From: Crocinitomicaceae bacterium | GTDB lineage: Bacteria > Bacteroidota > Bacteroidia > Flavobacteriales_D > Crocinitomicaceae | Reading direction: 5' to 3' | Assembly (NCBI GenBank): GCA_030727405.1 | Contig: JANRBR010000024.1 | Location: forward strand, 4,880 to 68,879 | DNA length: 64,000 nt | Part shown: one piece after another, positions 28,324 to 36,973 of the stretch | Layout: each line of letters begins with the position of its first letter | Position numbering within the stretch: the first letter of the stretch is position 1 | The notes under the pieces: model-generated | The model's input: only the letters and a program-made list of their open reading frames with translations | What the model was told of the DNA's origin: nothing | Database searches by the model: none | Program-made: the position numbers and the translations under genes

Positions 28324-29388
28324 TTATTTTTTGCGAACCTTCACTTCAAATAATGCTGGCCAAAATTTACCCGTCATATATAATTTCTCTGTGCTTGGGT
28401 GATACGCAATTCCATTCAAAACTTCCCCGTTGCCCTTGCCTTCATTTACCAAGTTCGTGGCATCAATGAGGGCAATTACTTTTCCAGTTAGTGGATCAAT
28501 CACAGCAACTTCATTGGAGGTCCAAATATTGGCGTAAATCAATCCATTCACATATTCGAGTTCGTTTAATCTGGTGACAGCCATTTCATTGGTGTACACT
28601 TCTATCGTTTTGATGATCTGGAAATTCTTTGGATTGCGGACATAAATGCGTTCTGATCCATCGGACATATAAAGTAATTTTCCATCCGTGCAAATACCCC
28701 ATCCTTCTGTTGTGTAAGACAATACACGTGTGCTTTTCAAGGTATTTTTGTTGTAAACTAAACATTTACGGTTCATCCAAGTTAGTTGAAACAGTTCATC
28801 CCCAAGAATCGTAATTCCCTCACCAAAATGACTGGCATCAAGCCCAATCTTCTCTCCAATTTCACCAGATTTTAAATCGATTTTCCCGACGAAAGTTGAT
28901 CCGTTTTCACCCGGGTCTCCCGTACCTTCGTACAATTGGTCTCCTGAAAATGCCAATCCTTGAGTAAAGCTGGTTTGATTATGTGGGAATCGTTGCACGA
29001 TTTCAAGATTCCACCTTTCGGGTTTGATGTCTGAAAGAATGCGGACATTTCGGATTTCAGTAAAAAATTGTCCCTGAACATCTAAGCCCTGCAATTCCAA
29101 TTCATAGGCACCAATTTGATGGTTTTTAGAATCGATGGAAAGACTCAATTTTTCTTTTGGATGATTAAATTTCTGCAGAACCTTTCCGTTTAAGGTCACT
29201 GTTAATTCTTTGACGTCCCCTGACACCACAATTGGTACATTAACCACTTGACCGTATTTGATGGCCAAATTATCCTTGAATCCAAACGCAAATGGCGCTT
29301 CTGTATTTTCGGACGCTTTCATGAACATGGGTACTAGGTAACTCGCTAATAGCCCTAGAAGTGCAAGTATGATGAGTGTTTTTTTCAT
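28324..29388 (-). CDS. glutaminyl-peptide cyclotransferase (beta-propeller type) with N-terminal extra domain
   Basis: 354 aa. Signal peptide; FTQGLAFSGDQLYEGTGDPG, GEGITILGDELFQLTW and LNELEYVNGLIYANIW resemble plant/bacterial-type glutamine cyclotransferases. Confidence 0.8.
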   Translation of the reverse strand: MKKTLIILALLGLLASYLVPMFMKASENTEAPFAFGFKDNLAIKYGQVVNVPIVVSGDVKELTVTLNGKVLQKFNHPKEKLSLSIDSKNHQIGAYELELQGLDVQGQFFTEIRNVRILSDIKPERWNLEIVQRFPHNQTSFTQGLAFSGDQLYEGTGDPGENGSTFVGKIDLKSGEIGEKIGLDASHFGEGITILGDELFQLTWMNRKCLVYNKNTLKSTRVLSYTTEGWGICTDGKLLYMSDGSERIYVRNPKNFQIIKTIEVYTNEMAVTRLNELEYVNGLIYANIWTSNEVAVIDPLTGKVIALIDATNLVNEGKGNGEVLNGIAYHPSTEKLYMTGKFWPALFEVKVRKK

Positions 29389-29393
29389 TCCGG

Positions 29394-29729
29394 TTAAACT
29401 AATAATTGTTGAATTTGATCCGCGTCGATCATTCCATGACTCTCAGTGTACACAATTTCTTCATTGATTACTAAAATTACTTGTGGAGATTGATGAACAA
29501 CGCGCGTGAGTGATTCGATTTCACTTGAAATCGGACGGTATTCCAAAAGATCTAAAAACCAACATTGAAGGTTTTTAGCGTTTAAAATACCCGAATTTTC
29601 GAAGCGTCTTAAAGCCATTGTTGAAATGCTGCACCTGGTGCTGTGTTTAAAAAAAAGCTGGGGGATATCCTTGCTTGTTGCAAGAATTTCCTGAACTTGA
29701 TTTTTATCCGAAAGTAGGTTCCATGCCAT
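29394..29729 (-). CDS. ytxJ: YtxJ-family monothiol redox protein (bacillithiol system, DUF2847)
   Basis: 111 aa. FKHSTRCSIS active-site block and SPQVILV thioredoxin-fold strand. Confidence 0.75.
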   Translation of the reverse strand: MAWNLLSDKNQVQEILATSKDIPQLFFKHSTRCSISTMALRRFENSGILNAKNLQCWFLDLLEYRPISSEIESLTRVVHQSPQVILVINEEIVYTESHGMIDADQIQQLLV

Positions 29730-29731
29730 CT

Positions 29732-30748
29732 TTATATTCCTGGTGTAAACTGTTTTAAAAACCTGATATCATTTTCCGAATAGAGGCGCAAATCAGTGAC
29801 TCTATATTTCAATTGGGCAATGCGCTCTACTCCCATACCGAAAGCAAAACCAGAATAAATTGTCGAATCGATTCCGCATGCGTCGAGTACATTTGGATCC
29901 ACCATTCCGCATCCTAAAATCTCTAACCATCCAGAGTATTTACAAACATTACAACCCTTACCATGACACAAAGTACATGATACATCCACTTCGGCGCTCG
30001 GTTCCGTAAACGGGAAATAGGAAGGTCGCAAACGGATCGTTGCTTTCTCTCCAAAAAGTTCCTTGGCAAAGAAAAGCAAGGTTTGCTTCAGATCAGCAAA
30101 AGACACGTTTTTGTCAATGTAAAGACCTTCGATTTGATGAAAAAAGCAATGTGCCCTCGCAGAAATTGCTTCGTTTCGATAAACCCTTCCTGGCGAAATG
30201 GTTCGAATCGGCGGTTTCGAGTTTTCCATCACGCGCACTTGAACACTGCTCGTGTGTGTACGCAGAGCCATTTCCTGCTCCCCTTTTTCCACGAAAAAGG
30301 TATCCTGCATATCTCTTGCTGGATGTTCTGGCGGAAAATTTAAGGCGGAAAAATTATGCCAATCGTCTTCGATTTCGGGTCCTTCTGACACCACATATCC
30401 AATACGATTAAAAATTTCTATGATTTCTTTCCTAACTAAGGAAAGTGGATGATGGCTTCCAATTTGTGCGTCTGCCCCTGTTCGACTTAGATCTAGTTCA
30501 ACTGTTTCTGCTGTCGCGTGGGACAAGGTCGTTTTGTGCAACGCATACTTATCCTCTGCGATTTGACGCAACTCGTTAATTTGTTGTCCGACCAATCTTT
30601 TATCTTCATTCGGAACGTTTTTTAACGCACCATATAATTCCTTGATTTGTCCTTTTGAACCTAAAAATTGTATTCGAAATTGCTCTAAATCGTGGTTAGA
30701 ATTTATTACGAATGCCTGAACAGCGTCTACGATTTCCTTAATATTCAT
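29732..30748 (-). CDS. pheS: phenylalanine--tRNA ligase alpha subunit
   Basis: 338 aa. HPLSLV, PPEHPARDMQDTF, LRTHTS, FRNE-like YRNEAISARAH, FTEPSAEVDV and GFAFGMGVERI. Confidence 0.95.
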   Translation of the reverse strand: MNIKEIVDAVQAFVINSNHDLEQFRIQFLGSKGQIKELYGALKNVPNEDKRLVGQQINELRQIAEDKYALHKTTLSHATAETVELDLSRTGADAQIGSHHPLSLVRKEIIEIFNRIGYVVSEGPEIEDDWHNFSALNFPPEHPARDMQDTFFVEKGEQEMALRTHTSSVQVRVMENSKPPIRTISPGRVYRNEAISARAHCFFHQIEGLYIDKNVSFADLKQTLLFFAKELFGEKATIRLRPSYFPFTEPSAEVDVSCTLCHGKGCNVCKYSGWLEILGCGMVDPNVLDACGIDSTIYSGFAFGMGVERIAQLKYRVTDLRLYSENDIRFLKQFTPGI

Positions 30749-30815
30749 TTTCTTGAAGCAAAGTGTAACTTTTAAGGCTTAAAACTTGTTTAACTAGTAG
30801 TTTAATGGCCTTAAC

Positions 30816-31214
30816 ATGCAAATGTACAAGAATTTTGTTGGTAAAATCAAGGTGAATGTAGGATTTATTCTAATGGCCATTCTTTGTTTATATGCAACTA
30901 GTTCTTGCTACAAACAGCAGCCCACAACATTAGAAGTAGGGGTCCAATTCTCGAATGGTGAGTTTGTAAAAAACGCACGGGTTCGTTTAATGGCTGAACC
31001 TACATCCAATACAGGACAAATGACCATCGTTAATGATAGTACAAATACCAATTCCAGTGGACTCGCTGTGTTCAATTTTGATAACTACTATAAATCAGGT
31101 CAAGCAGGCGTTTTCGTATTGAAAGTCAATGCTTTCTACTATGGACTTAGTGGAAGTGAAGTGATTCAAATCGAAGAAGAAAAACGCAATAGGGTTGTCG
31201 TGACGATCAATTGA
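30816..31214 (+). CDS. small lipoprotein, paralog 1 of 3 (single beta-sandwich domain, unassigned family)
   Basis: 132 aa. Lipobox LYATSSC. Shares blocks with the 31650 ORF (SGLAVFNFDNYYKSGQAGVFVLKVNA vs NGMATFNYNELYQLGQAGVAVLDIDA). Confidence 0.6.
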   Translation: MQMYKNFVGKIKVNVGFILMAILCLYATSSCYKQQPTTLEVGVQFSNGEFVKNARVRLMAEPTSNTGQMTIVNDSTNTNSSGLAVFNFDNYYKSGQAGVFVLKVNAFYYGLSGSEVIQIEEEKRNRVVVTIN

Positions 31215-31243
31215 GGAGATTTGAGGATTTAAAAAAAATAATG

Positions 31244-31251
31244 TAAATTTG
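31244..31251 (+). promoter_or_regulatory. -7 box TAAATTTG upstream of lipoprotein paralog 2
   Basis: Exact TAnnTTTG, 16 nt before ATG 31268. Confidence 0.45.
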
Positions 31252-31267
31252 AAACTTTCGAAATAAT

Positions 31268-31639
31268 ATGAAAACCATTTTTAACCTACTATCATTAAGT
31301 TTAGTCATCATTCTTAGTGTCTCTTGTGAATCGAAAGACCCAGCAGTTCTGAAGGTTTTTGTTCGTTCTTCATCGAATCAGTTGATGGATGGTGCAAAGG
31401 TCATTGTCATTGGAGATCAACAATCAAATCCTGCCACTTTGCCGTTTGTTGACACCGTTTTCTCGAATGCTTCTGGCTTTGCTGTTGTTGATATGGATCA
31501 ATACTTTAATACGTCTGGCGAGGAAAACACTACTGGTTATTTCGACATTATCGTAAAATACAACAATAAAGTAGCATACGATTATGCACGTTGCCGCGTT
31601 CACACGACTACTGTGAAAACAATATACTTACCGAATTAA
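31268..31639 (+). CDS. small lipoprotein, paralog 2 of 3
   Basis: 123 aa. Lipobox ILSVSC. Same architecture (LKVFVRSSSNQLMDGAKVIVIG...ASGFAVVDMDQYFNTSG). Own TAAATTTG box 16 nt upstream. Confidence 0.6.
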   Translation: MKTIFNLLSLSLVIILSVSCESKDPAVLKVFVRSSSNQLMDGAKVIVIGDQQSNPATLPFVDTVFSNASGFAVVDMDQYFNTSGEENTTGYFDIIVKYNNKVAYDYARCRVHTTTVKTIYLPN

Positions 31640-31649
31640 TCTTTTAAAA

Positions 31650-32012
31650 ATGAAAAATATAATCGTTTTAGCTGTTCTTGCACTCATCGTTTCTACCTCA
31701 TGTAGAAAGAAATTAGATACTGTTGCGAACATTTACATCAAAGATGAAAACAACGCGAGTGTAAGCAACGCTATGGTTGTTCTATACGGTACGAATACGC
31801 AAGGTACACCTCAACAAGTTGCTGTTTTTGATACGGCATATACCAACTTAAACGGTATGGCGACCTTTAATTACAATGAATTGTATCAGTTAGGTCAAGC
31901 AGGTGTTGCGGTGTTAGACATCGATGCGAAAAAAGGAAATAAATCAGGTGCCGGCATTATTAAAATCGAAGCTGAGAAAGTAAACGAAGAAACAGTTTAC
32001 ATTCAGCCTTAA
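31650..32012 (+). CDS. small lipoprotein, paralog 3 of 3
   Basis: 120 aa. Lipobox IVSTSC. Clear similarity to paralog 1 over the whole mature domain. Confidence 0.6.
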   Translation: MKNIIVLAVLALIVSTSCRKKLDTVANIYIKDENNASVSNAMVVLYGTNTQGTPQQVAVFDTAYTNLNGMATFNYNELYQLGQAGVAVLDIDAKKGNKSGAGIIKIEAEKVNEETVYIQP

Positions 32013-32323
32013 GCCCTAATTTGTTTCAAAGGAGCTTGCTCCTCTCCCATTAGTTCCACTTGTGTAAAATTTCTATCTAGCGTAGCTGGAAGAACAACAT
32101 TGTACTCGGTAATGAATCCCAAGTTAAAACAACACATGTGATCGTACAGGTCAAAATTTTCATTCTTCTTTTGTAAAATATTGATCAATGCGTTTAAACG
32201 TTGAATGGACAAACGCACTTTCGTATCGTATTGAAGAAAATCTTTGTGTAGAATTCCAGATAATACGACCTCTTTGTCTGTGTTGTTAAACCACATTTCT
32301 TTTAATTCAAATATTTTTTCCAT
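32009..32323 (-). CDS. hypothetical cytoplasmic protein
   Basis: No recognisable motifs. The track start is GTG; I use the first ATG at 32323 (MEKIFELKEMWF), giving 104 aa. The stop overlaps the paralog-3 stop (TTAA). Confidence 0.4.
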   Translation of the reverse strand: MEKIFELKEMWFNNTDKEVVLSGILHKDFLQYDTKVRLSIQRLNALINILQKKNENFDLYDHMCCFNLGFITEYNVVLPATLDRNFTQVELMGEEQAPLKQIRA

Positions 32324-32408
32324 CTCGATTAATTTTAAACAAAGTTGGAGCTTCACATCGTAAACAATTTACGTTCTTAAAATAAGTGCGACAACCTATA
32401 AAAATCAT

Positions 32409-32416
32409 TACTTTTG
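32409..32416 (+). promoter_or_regulatory. -7 box TACTTTTG, 4 nt upstream of the tatC ATG
   Basis: Exact TAnnTTTG. The sequence reads TACTTTTG CACC ATG. Confidence 0.55.
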
Positions 32417-32420
32417 CACC

Positions 32421-33200
32421 ATGTCGGAAAACAAGCAAATGTCTTTTCTTGATCATTTAGAAGAACTCAGATGGCGGTTGATGCGCTCAGCCATTGCAGT
32501 GATTATTTTCGCTGTTGTTATTTGGATGTACCAAAAGGAAATCATGGAAAATGTTTTCTTGATTATGGTGGACCCGAAATTCATCACCTTTAGGCTCTTG
32601 TGCGAGTATATGAACGTTTGCATCGATAAAATTCCCGTCAATTTTCAAAGCATGACCCTTTCTGGTCAATTTTCATACGCACTGATGATGAGCATCATGG
32701 GAGGCGCAGTGTTGGCATTTCCTTATATTTTCCATCAATTATGGTCATTCGTGAAGCCCGGATTAAAATTCAAGGAACAGAAAATGGCAAGAGGAATTGT
32801 ATTCTACGTGAGTATACTGTTTTTTACAGGTATTTTGTTTGGTTACTTTGTGGTTGCTCCACTAAGCGTTCAGTTTTTTGGGGCATTTCAAATTTCCGAT
32901 CAAATTAAAAACGATTTCACCATTAGCTCCTACATGAGCACGATTTTATCGACGGTCTTTTACACTGGTTTGTTTTTCTTGTTGCCCGTGTTAACGTACT
33001 TACTCGTGAAAATAGGCTTGTTTACCCCGGAGTTTTTAGTCAAGTACCGCAAACATGCCGCAGTAGTGATATTAATCTTGGCGGCCATCATTACACCACC
33101 AGATGTCATTTCTCAAGTAATTGTAACCATACCTATTTACTTGTTGTTCGAAATAAGCGTACTTGTCGCAAAACGTGTAGCAAAAAGTCAAAAAGACTAA
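32421..33200 (+). CDS. tatC: twin-arginine translocase subunit TatC
   Basis: 259 aa. FLDHLEELRWRL N-terminus, 6 TM segments and the PPD motif (ITPPDVISQ). Confidence 0.92.
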   Translation: MSENKQMSFLDHLEELRWRLMRSAIAVIIFAVVIWMYQKEIMENVFLIMVDPKFITFRLLCEYMNVCIDKIPVNFQSMTLSGQFSYALMMSIMGGAVLAFPYIFHQLWSFVKPGLKFKEQKMARGIVFYVSILFFTGILFGYFVVAPLSVQFFGAFQISDQIKNDFTISSYMSTILSTVFYTGLFFLLPVLTYLLVKIGLFTPEFLVKYRKHAAVVILILAAIITPPDVISQVIVTIPIYLLFEISVLVAKRVAKSQKD

Positions 33201-33210
33201 ATCAGTCTCA

Positions 33211-33537
33211 ATGAAAAATCTACTGTTTTTCTCCATCTTTCTACCATTTCCCTCCTTCAGTCAAATGACGACAGTGAAAGGGACCGTACCGGATGAAAAG
33301 GGAGAACCCATTTCCTATGTCAGAGTCAAGTTTACCGGAACGAAAATCGGCACTTTAACAGATTCGTTCGGTGGATTTTTCTTGCAAAGATATTATGCGA
33401 CGGACTCGATCCAAGTTCAATTCATAGGTATCAAAACCACCACGGTTGTTTTCGCAGACCTAATCTGGCGAATGACTCTCCCCACACCTAGTGAAAGCCC
33501 ATTTGGCATTCGTGCGCGTTATGCATTGAATTTTTAA
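33211..33537 (+). pseudogene. probable 5' remnant of a larger CarboxypepD_reg-domain (DUF5686-like) outer-membrane protein gene
   Basis: 108 aa. Signal peptide plus the first ~60 residues of a carboxypeptidase-regulatory-like domain (VKGTVPDEKGEPISYVRVKFTGTKIGTLTDSFGGFFL...IQVQFIGIKTTTV). It then runs into an unrelated 27-residue tail encoded by an unusually GC-rich ~70 nt and stops 12 nt before lptB. Confidence 0.45.
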
Positions 33538-33549
33538 TACCTTCGTATT

Positions 33550-34275
33550 GTGAAATTGTACACACAAAATATCAAAAAGACCTACAAAGGCCGACCCGTT
33601 GTAAACGGAGTATCTGTGGAAGTTCAACAAGGAGAAATCGTTGGGCTTTTAGGTCCAAACGGCGCTGGTAAAACAACCTCATTCTACATGATGGTTGGAC
33701 TTGTTAGACCGGATGAAGGGCAGGTTTTCTTGGATGACTTGGAAATCACCAAACTACCCATGTCTAAAAGAGCTCAAATGGGAATCGGGTACCTTCCACA
33801 GGAGGTTTCTGTCTTTCGGAAATTGAGCGTTGAGGATAACATTTTAGCCATTCTGGAGATGACCGAATTATCGAAAGAAGCGCGTCATGAAAAATTAGAA
33901 CAACTTCTAGAGGAATTTAGTCTCACCCATGTACGTAAAAATTTAGGAAATCGCCTTTCAGGTGGAGAGAAACGAAGAACGGAAATAGCTCGAGCACTAG
34001 CTACCAATCCTAAATTTGTTCTTTTAGATGAGCCTTTTGCAGGGGTAGACCCCATAGCCGTAGAGGACATTCAAAGCATCATTTCAGAATTGAAAAAACG
34101 CAACATCGGCATCCTGATTACGGATCACAACGTACAAGAAACACTTTCGATTACGGACCGAGCTTATTTGTTGTTTGAAGGCAGTATTTTGAAATCTGGA
34201 ACCGCGGAAGAATTGGCTTCAGATGAAACCGTTCGCAAAGTCTACCTTGGACAAAATTTTGTCCTTCGAAAGTGA
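33550..34275 (+). CDS. lptB: LPS export ABC transporter ATP-binding protein
   Basis: 241 aa. Walker [10 protein letters not shown], signature LSGGEKRR, Walker [13 protein letters not shown]. Start is GTG 33550; the next Met is after the Walker A motif. Confidence 0.93.
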   Translation: MKLYTQNIKKTYKGRPVVNGVSVEVQQGEIVGLLGPNGAGKTTSFYMMVGLVRPDEGQVFLDDLEITKLPMSKRAQMGIGYLPQEVSVFRKLSVEDNILAILEMTELSKEARHEKLEQLLEEFSLTHVRKNLGNRLSGGEKRRTEIARALATNPKFVLLDEPFAGVDPIAVEDIQSIISELKKRNIGILITDHNVQETLSITDRAYLLFEGSILKSGTAEELASDETVRKVYLGQNFVLRK

Positions 34276-36948
34276 TTACCGAATCAAGGTAACAAATCCA
34301 TCCAGCTGCTGCCAAATGTAAGGCTTATCGCAAGAGCGATACTTCAATTTATAGGTATACAAACCATCCTGACACATCACGCCGTTTAATTTTCCGTCCC
34401 AAGCTTGCTTTGGGTCATTCGTTTGAAAAATACATTCGCCCCAGCGGTTATAAATTCCAAATTCCCAGGCAACAATGTCAAAATCCGTTACCGGAATAAA
34501 CAACTCGTTGCGATTGTTTTCATCAGGTATAAAGGTATTCGGAACATAAATGGAAAAAGGCTCCACCATGACCGTTCTCCTAGTGGTATCCCTGCAACCA
34601 TATCCATTGGAAACAATTTGAATGGGATAATCAGATCCGGCATTTACATAATCATGTGAAAAATTGGCATTATTTGAAGTAAACTCATTTCGATCGAACA
34701 CATATTGATAATTGGTCGCTCCTACTGATTGATCCGTGAAAAAAACGGTGTTTTGGCAAACGTCTATTTTATCCGGATTGACCATAAATCCTGCGGTTGG
34801 AGATGGATTTACGGTGACTAAGTCCTGTTGCAACATAAATAGAGTATCCATGCAGCCGTATAAGGTATTCAACGTTAAGCCAACACTGTAATTTCCCGGA
34901 GTTGTGTAAATATGATTCGGATTAACTGCCGTAGATGTAGTTCCATCGCCAAAATCCCAAACATATTGAATTGGAACATCTGATTGACTTAGGTTGACAA
35001 ATTGTGCAACAGATGGAGCGCACTGCAAGGTGTTAATGAACATAAAATCAATCGTCGCGTGTCCAAATACTTGCACGCTTGAACTGATCGTGTCTGCGCA
35101 ATTATCGAATGTGCCTATAAAATAAACTGGCTGTATGCCGGATTGACTGTAACTCAATCCTTGAACAGATAAACTCGTTGCTGTATTTGGATTGGCGTTC
35201 GCCCCAAAATCCCAATAAAACGAAGCATTAGTCGGTCCTGAAACAGTTGCATTAAAATCGAAAGTGTCATCAATACAAAGGGAATCCGTATGGGTAATGG
35301 ACATAACTAATGGATCATTGATGGTCACCATGACTTCACTTGTATCGGAACAATTGGGAGACGAACTCGCAATTAACTCCACCAAATAATTTCCGGACGA
35401 CGGAAAAGTAAAGGTTGGTGCAAACAGTGTACTTTGATCGACACTAGATCCGTTTAAACTTACATTCCAATCGAATGAAATGGAGGAAATTGAATTGTTT
35501 CCAAATGGAACCGTATAACCCAAACATTCAACCAATGGGGGAACCGAAATAAGACTCGTAGGAAGGTCAAAAATGAACACTGAATCGATGTAGCTTAATT
35601 GACAAGATCCATCGTTTGCTATGACTTCCACGGCATGATAACCTGGAGTGGAAAAATTGACATTAAAAAGAGAATTTCCGCTGCCGGAAGTTTGACTGGC
35701 TGTCGGATCTAAAACCCAATTTAAACTAGCGGAGGAATTGGAAACATTGGCCACAAAATCAAATTCATTTCCAAGAATACACAGGGAATCCTGAGACGTC
35801 CATGAAACATTTAGGGGGTTGTTTACAATAACATTCATGTAAGCCGTATCGGTACATGGCATTCCCGGATTCACAATTAATTGAACATTGTAATTTCCTG
35901 GGGAAGGAAAAGTATAATTTGGAGCAAATTGACTACTGACATCGCTAGTGATATTTGGAACGCCAAAGTTCCAGGCATAACTTGTTCCACCATATGAATT
36001 ATTGACAAACTGAACGTTCAGACCCTGGCAATAAGACACAAAGGTTGGAAGCTGTGTTTGAAGTGGTAACAATGCTTGAAGCACGATGTTACAGTCAAAT
36101 ACCCGAAAGAGAAAATCACGTATCGTTTGTCCGACCAACACACCATTTCTGTACTCTTTCACACACACTCCCACAACAAACAACCCAATCATGTTCGGGT
36201 TTACGGTCAACATTCCTGTGTTAGGGTTGATTAGCGTGGATGAACCAGGACCTAATGGTTGTGTTGCAGAGAATGTTCCGCCATTCCACTGCACTGGAAA
36301 ATAAGGTGGAGCTGGTGCTTGAGTAGGTTGGGGATTCGTAGAACTTGCGCCAGACCAAGGCGTCACCAATGAATACACGAGTTGATCCCCATCTGGGTCC
36401 GTTGCAACATGGTTAAAAATTAACTGATCATTGTTGCACAAAAGGACAGGTGGATAATTGGTGAAACGCGGACTACTATTGGCTGTAAATCCAGTATCGG
36501 AACCAGGAACATGTGTGGTCAATGTAATTCCGGTATCATCTGGAAACAATAAATTGGTGATGTTCGGGCCCCTACAACAGCGTTGATAAGAAACATCATA
36601 TCCCCCCGGAGTTGGTGGCAATGTGACGACCGTTGTGTATATGGCTCTCTCAACACAAATGTTATTTGGCGGTGTCGCACAAGGATTGTTGAAATTTATG
36701 GGTAAAAAGACGCTTCCGGGAAAGGGCACGGAAATATTGGTGAAAAACACTGCGTTTGCCTTGTAAACGGTTAAAACGAGTGGGTCATCGTATTGGGCTC
36801 CACTCGAATTGCAATCCCGATAAAGAGTGATGAAAAAACGGTACTGATTGCCTCCTAAATAATCGTAATAGATATCTCCCCCAATGATATGCGATGCAAA
36901 AGTTTGGGTCGCCATGAAAAAGGAAAAAATAAGTACGAGTTTACGCAT
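34276..36948 (-). CDS. large adhesin-like protein with PKD-type repeats and T9SS type B (gliding motility-associated) C-terminal domain
   Basis: Signal peptide MRKLVLIFSFFMATQTFA from ATG 36948 (the track start is an upstream TTG). Several PKD-like modules (YVWDFGDGTTSTAVNPNHIYTTPGNYSV). C-terminus VPNTFIPDENNRNELF...IYNRWGECIF...WDGKLNG...GLYTYKLKY...GFVTLIR. Confidence 0.85.
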   Translation of the reverse strand: MRKLVLIFSFFMATQTFASHIIGGDIYYDYLGGNQYRFFITLYRDCNSSGAQYDDPLVLTVYKANAVFFTNISVPFPGSVFLPINFNNPCATPPNNICVERAIYTTVVTLPPTPGGYDVSYQRCCRGPNITNLLFPDDTGITLTTHVPGSDTGFTANSSPRFTNYPPVLLCNNDQLIFNHVATDPDGDQLVYSLVTPWSGASSTNPQPTQAPAPPYFPVQWNGGTFSATQPLGPGSSTLINPNTGMLTVNPNMIGLFVVGVCVKEYRNGVLVGQTIRDFLFRVFDCNIVLQALLPLQTQLPTFVSYCQGLNVQFVNNSYGGTSYAWNFGVPNITSDVSSQFAPNYTFPSPGNYNVQLIVNPGMPCTDTAYMNVIVNNPLNVSWTSQDSLCILGNEFDFVANVSNSSASLNWVLDPTASQTSGSGNSLFNVNFSTPGYHAVEVIANDGSCQLSYIDSVFIFDLPTSLISVPPLVECLGYTVPFGNNSISSISFDWNVSLNGSSVDQSTLFAPTFTFPSSGNYLVELIASSSPNCSDTSEVMVTINDPLVMSITHTDSLCIDDTFDFNATVSGPTNASFYWDFGANANPNTATSLSVQGLSYSQSGIQPVYFIGTFDNCADTISSSVQVFGHATIDFMFINTLQCAPSVAQFVNLSQSDVPIQYVWDFGDGTTSTAVNPNHIYTTPGNYSVGLTLNTLYGCMDTLFMLQQDLVTVNPSPTAGFMVNPDKIDVCQNTVFFTDQSVGATNYQYVFDRNEFTSNNANFSHDYVNAGSDYPIQIVSNGYGCRDTTRRTVMVEPFSIYVPNTFIPDENNRNELFIPVTDFDIVAWEFGIYNRWGECIFQTNDPKQAWDGKLNGVMCQDGLYTYKLKYRSCDKPYIWQQLDGFVTLIR

Positions 36949-36973
36949 GTCTGTTGTTAGACGCAAAAATAGG

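Noticed and set aside
30040-30411. Long antisense or alternative-frame ORFs listed in the track (30040-30411, 44414-44821, 49552-49878, 57550-57894, 39711-40028, 53189-53494, 52821-53114 and many 60-90 aa ones)
   Set aside because: All lie entirely inside, or antisense to, well-supported genes. They have low-complexity or odd composition and no promoter boxes or recognisable motifs, as expected for chance ORFs.
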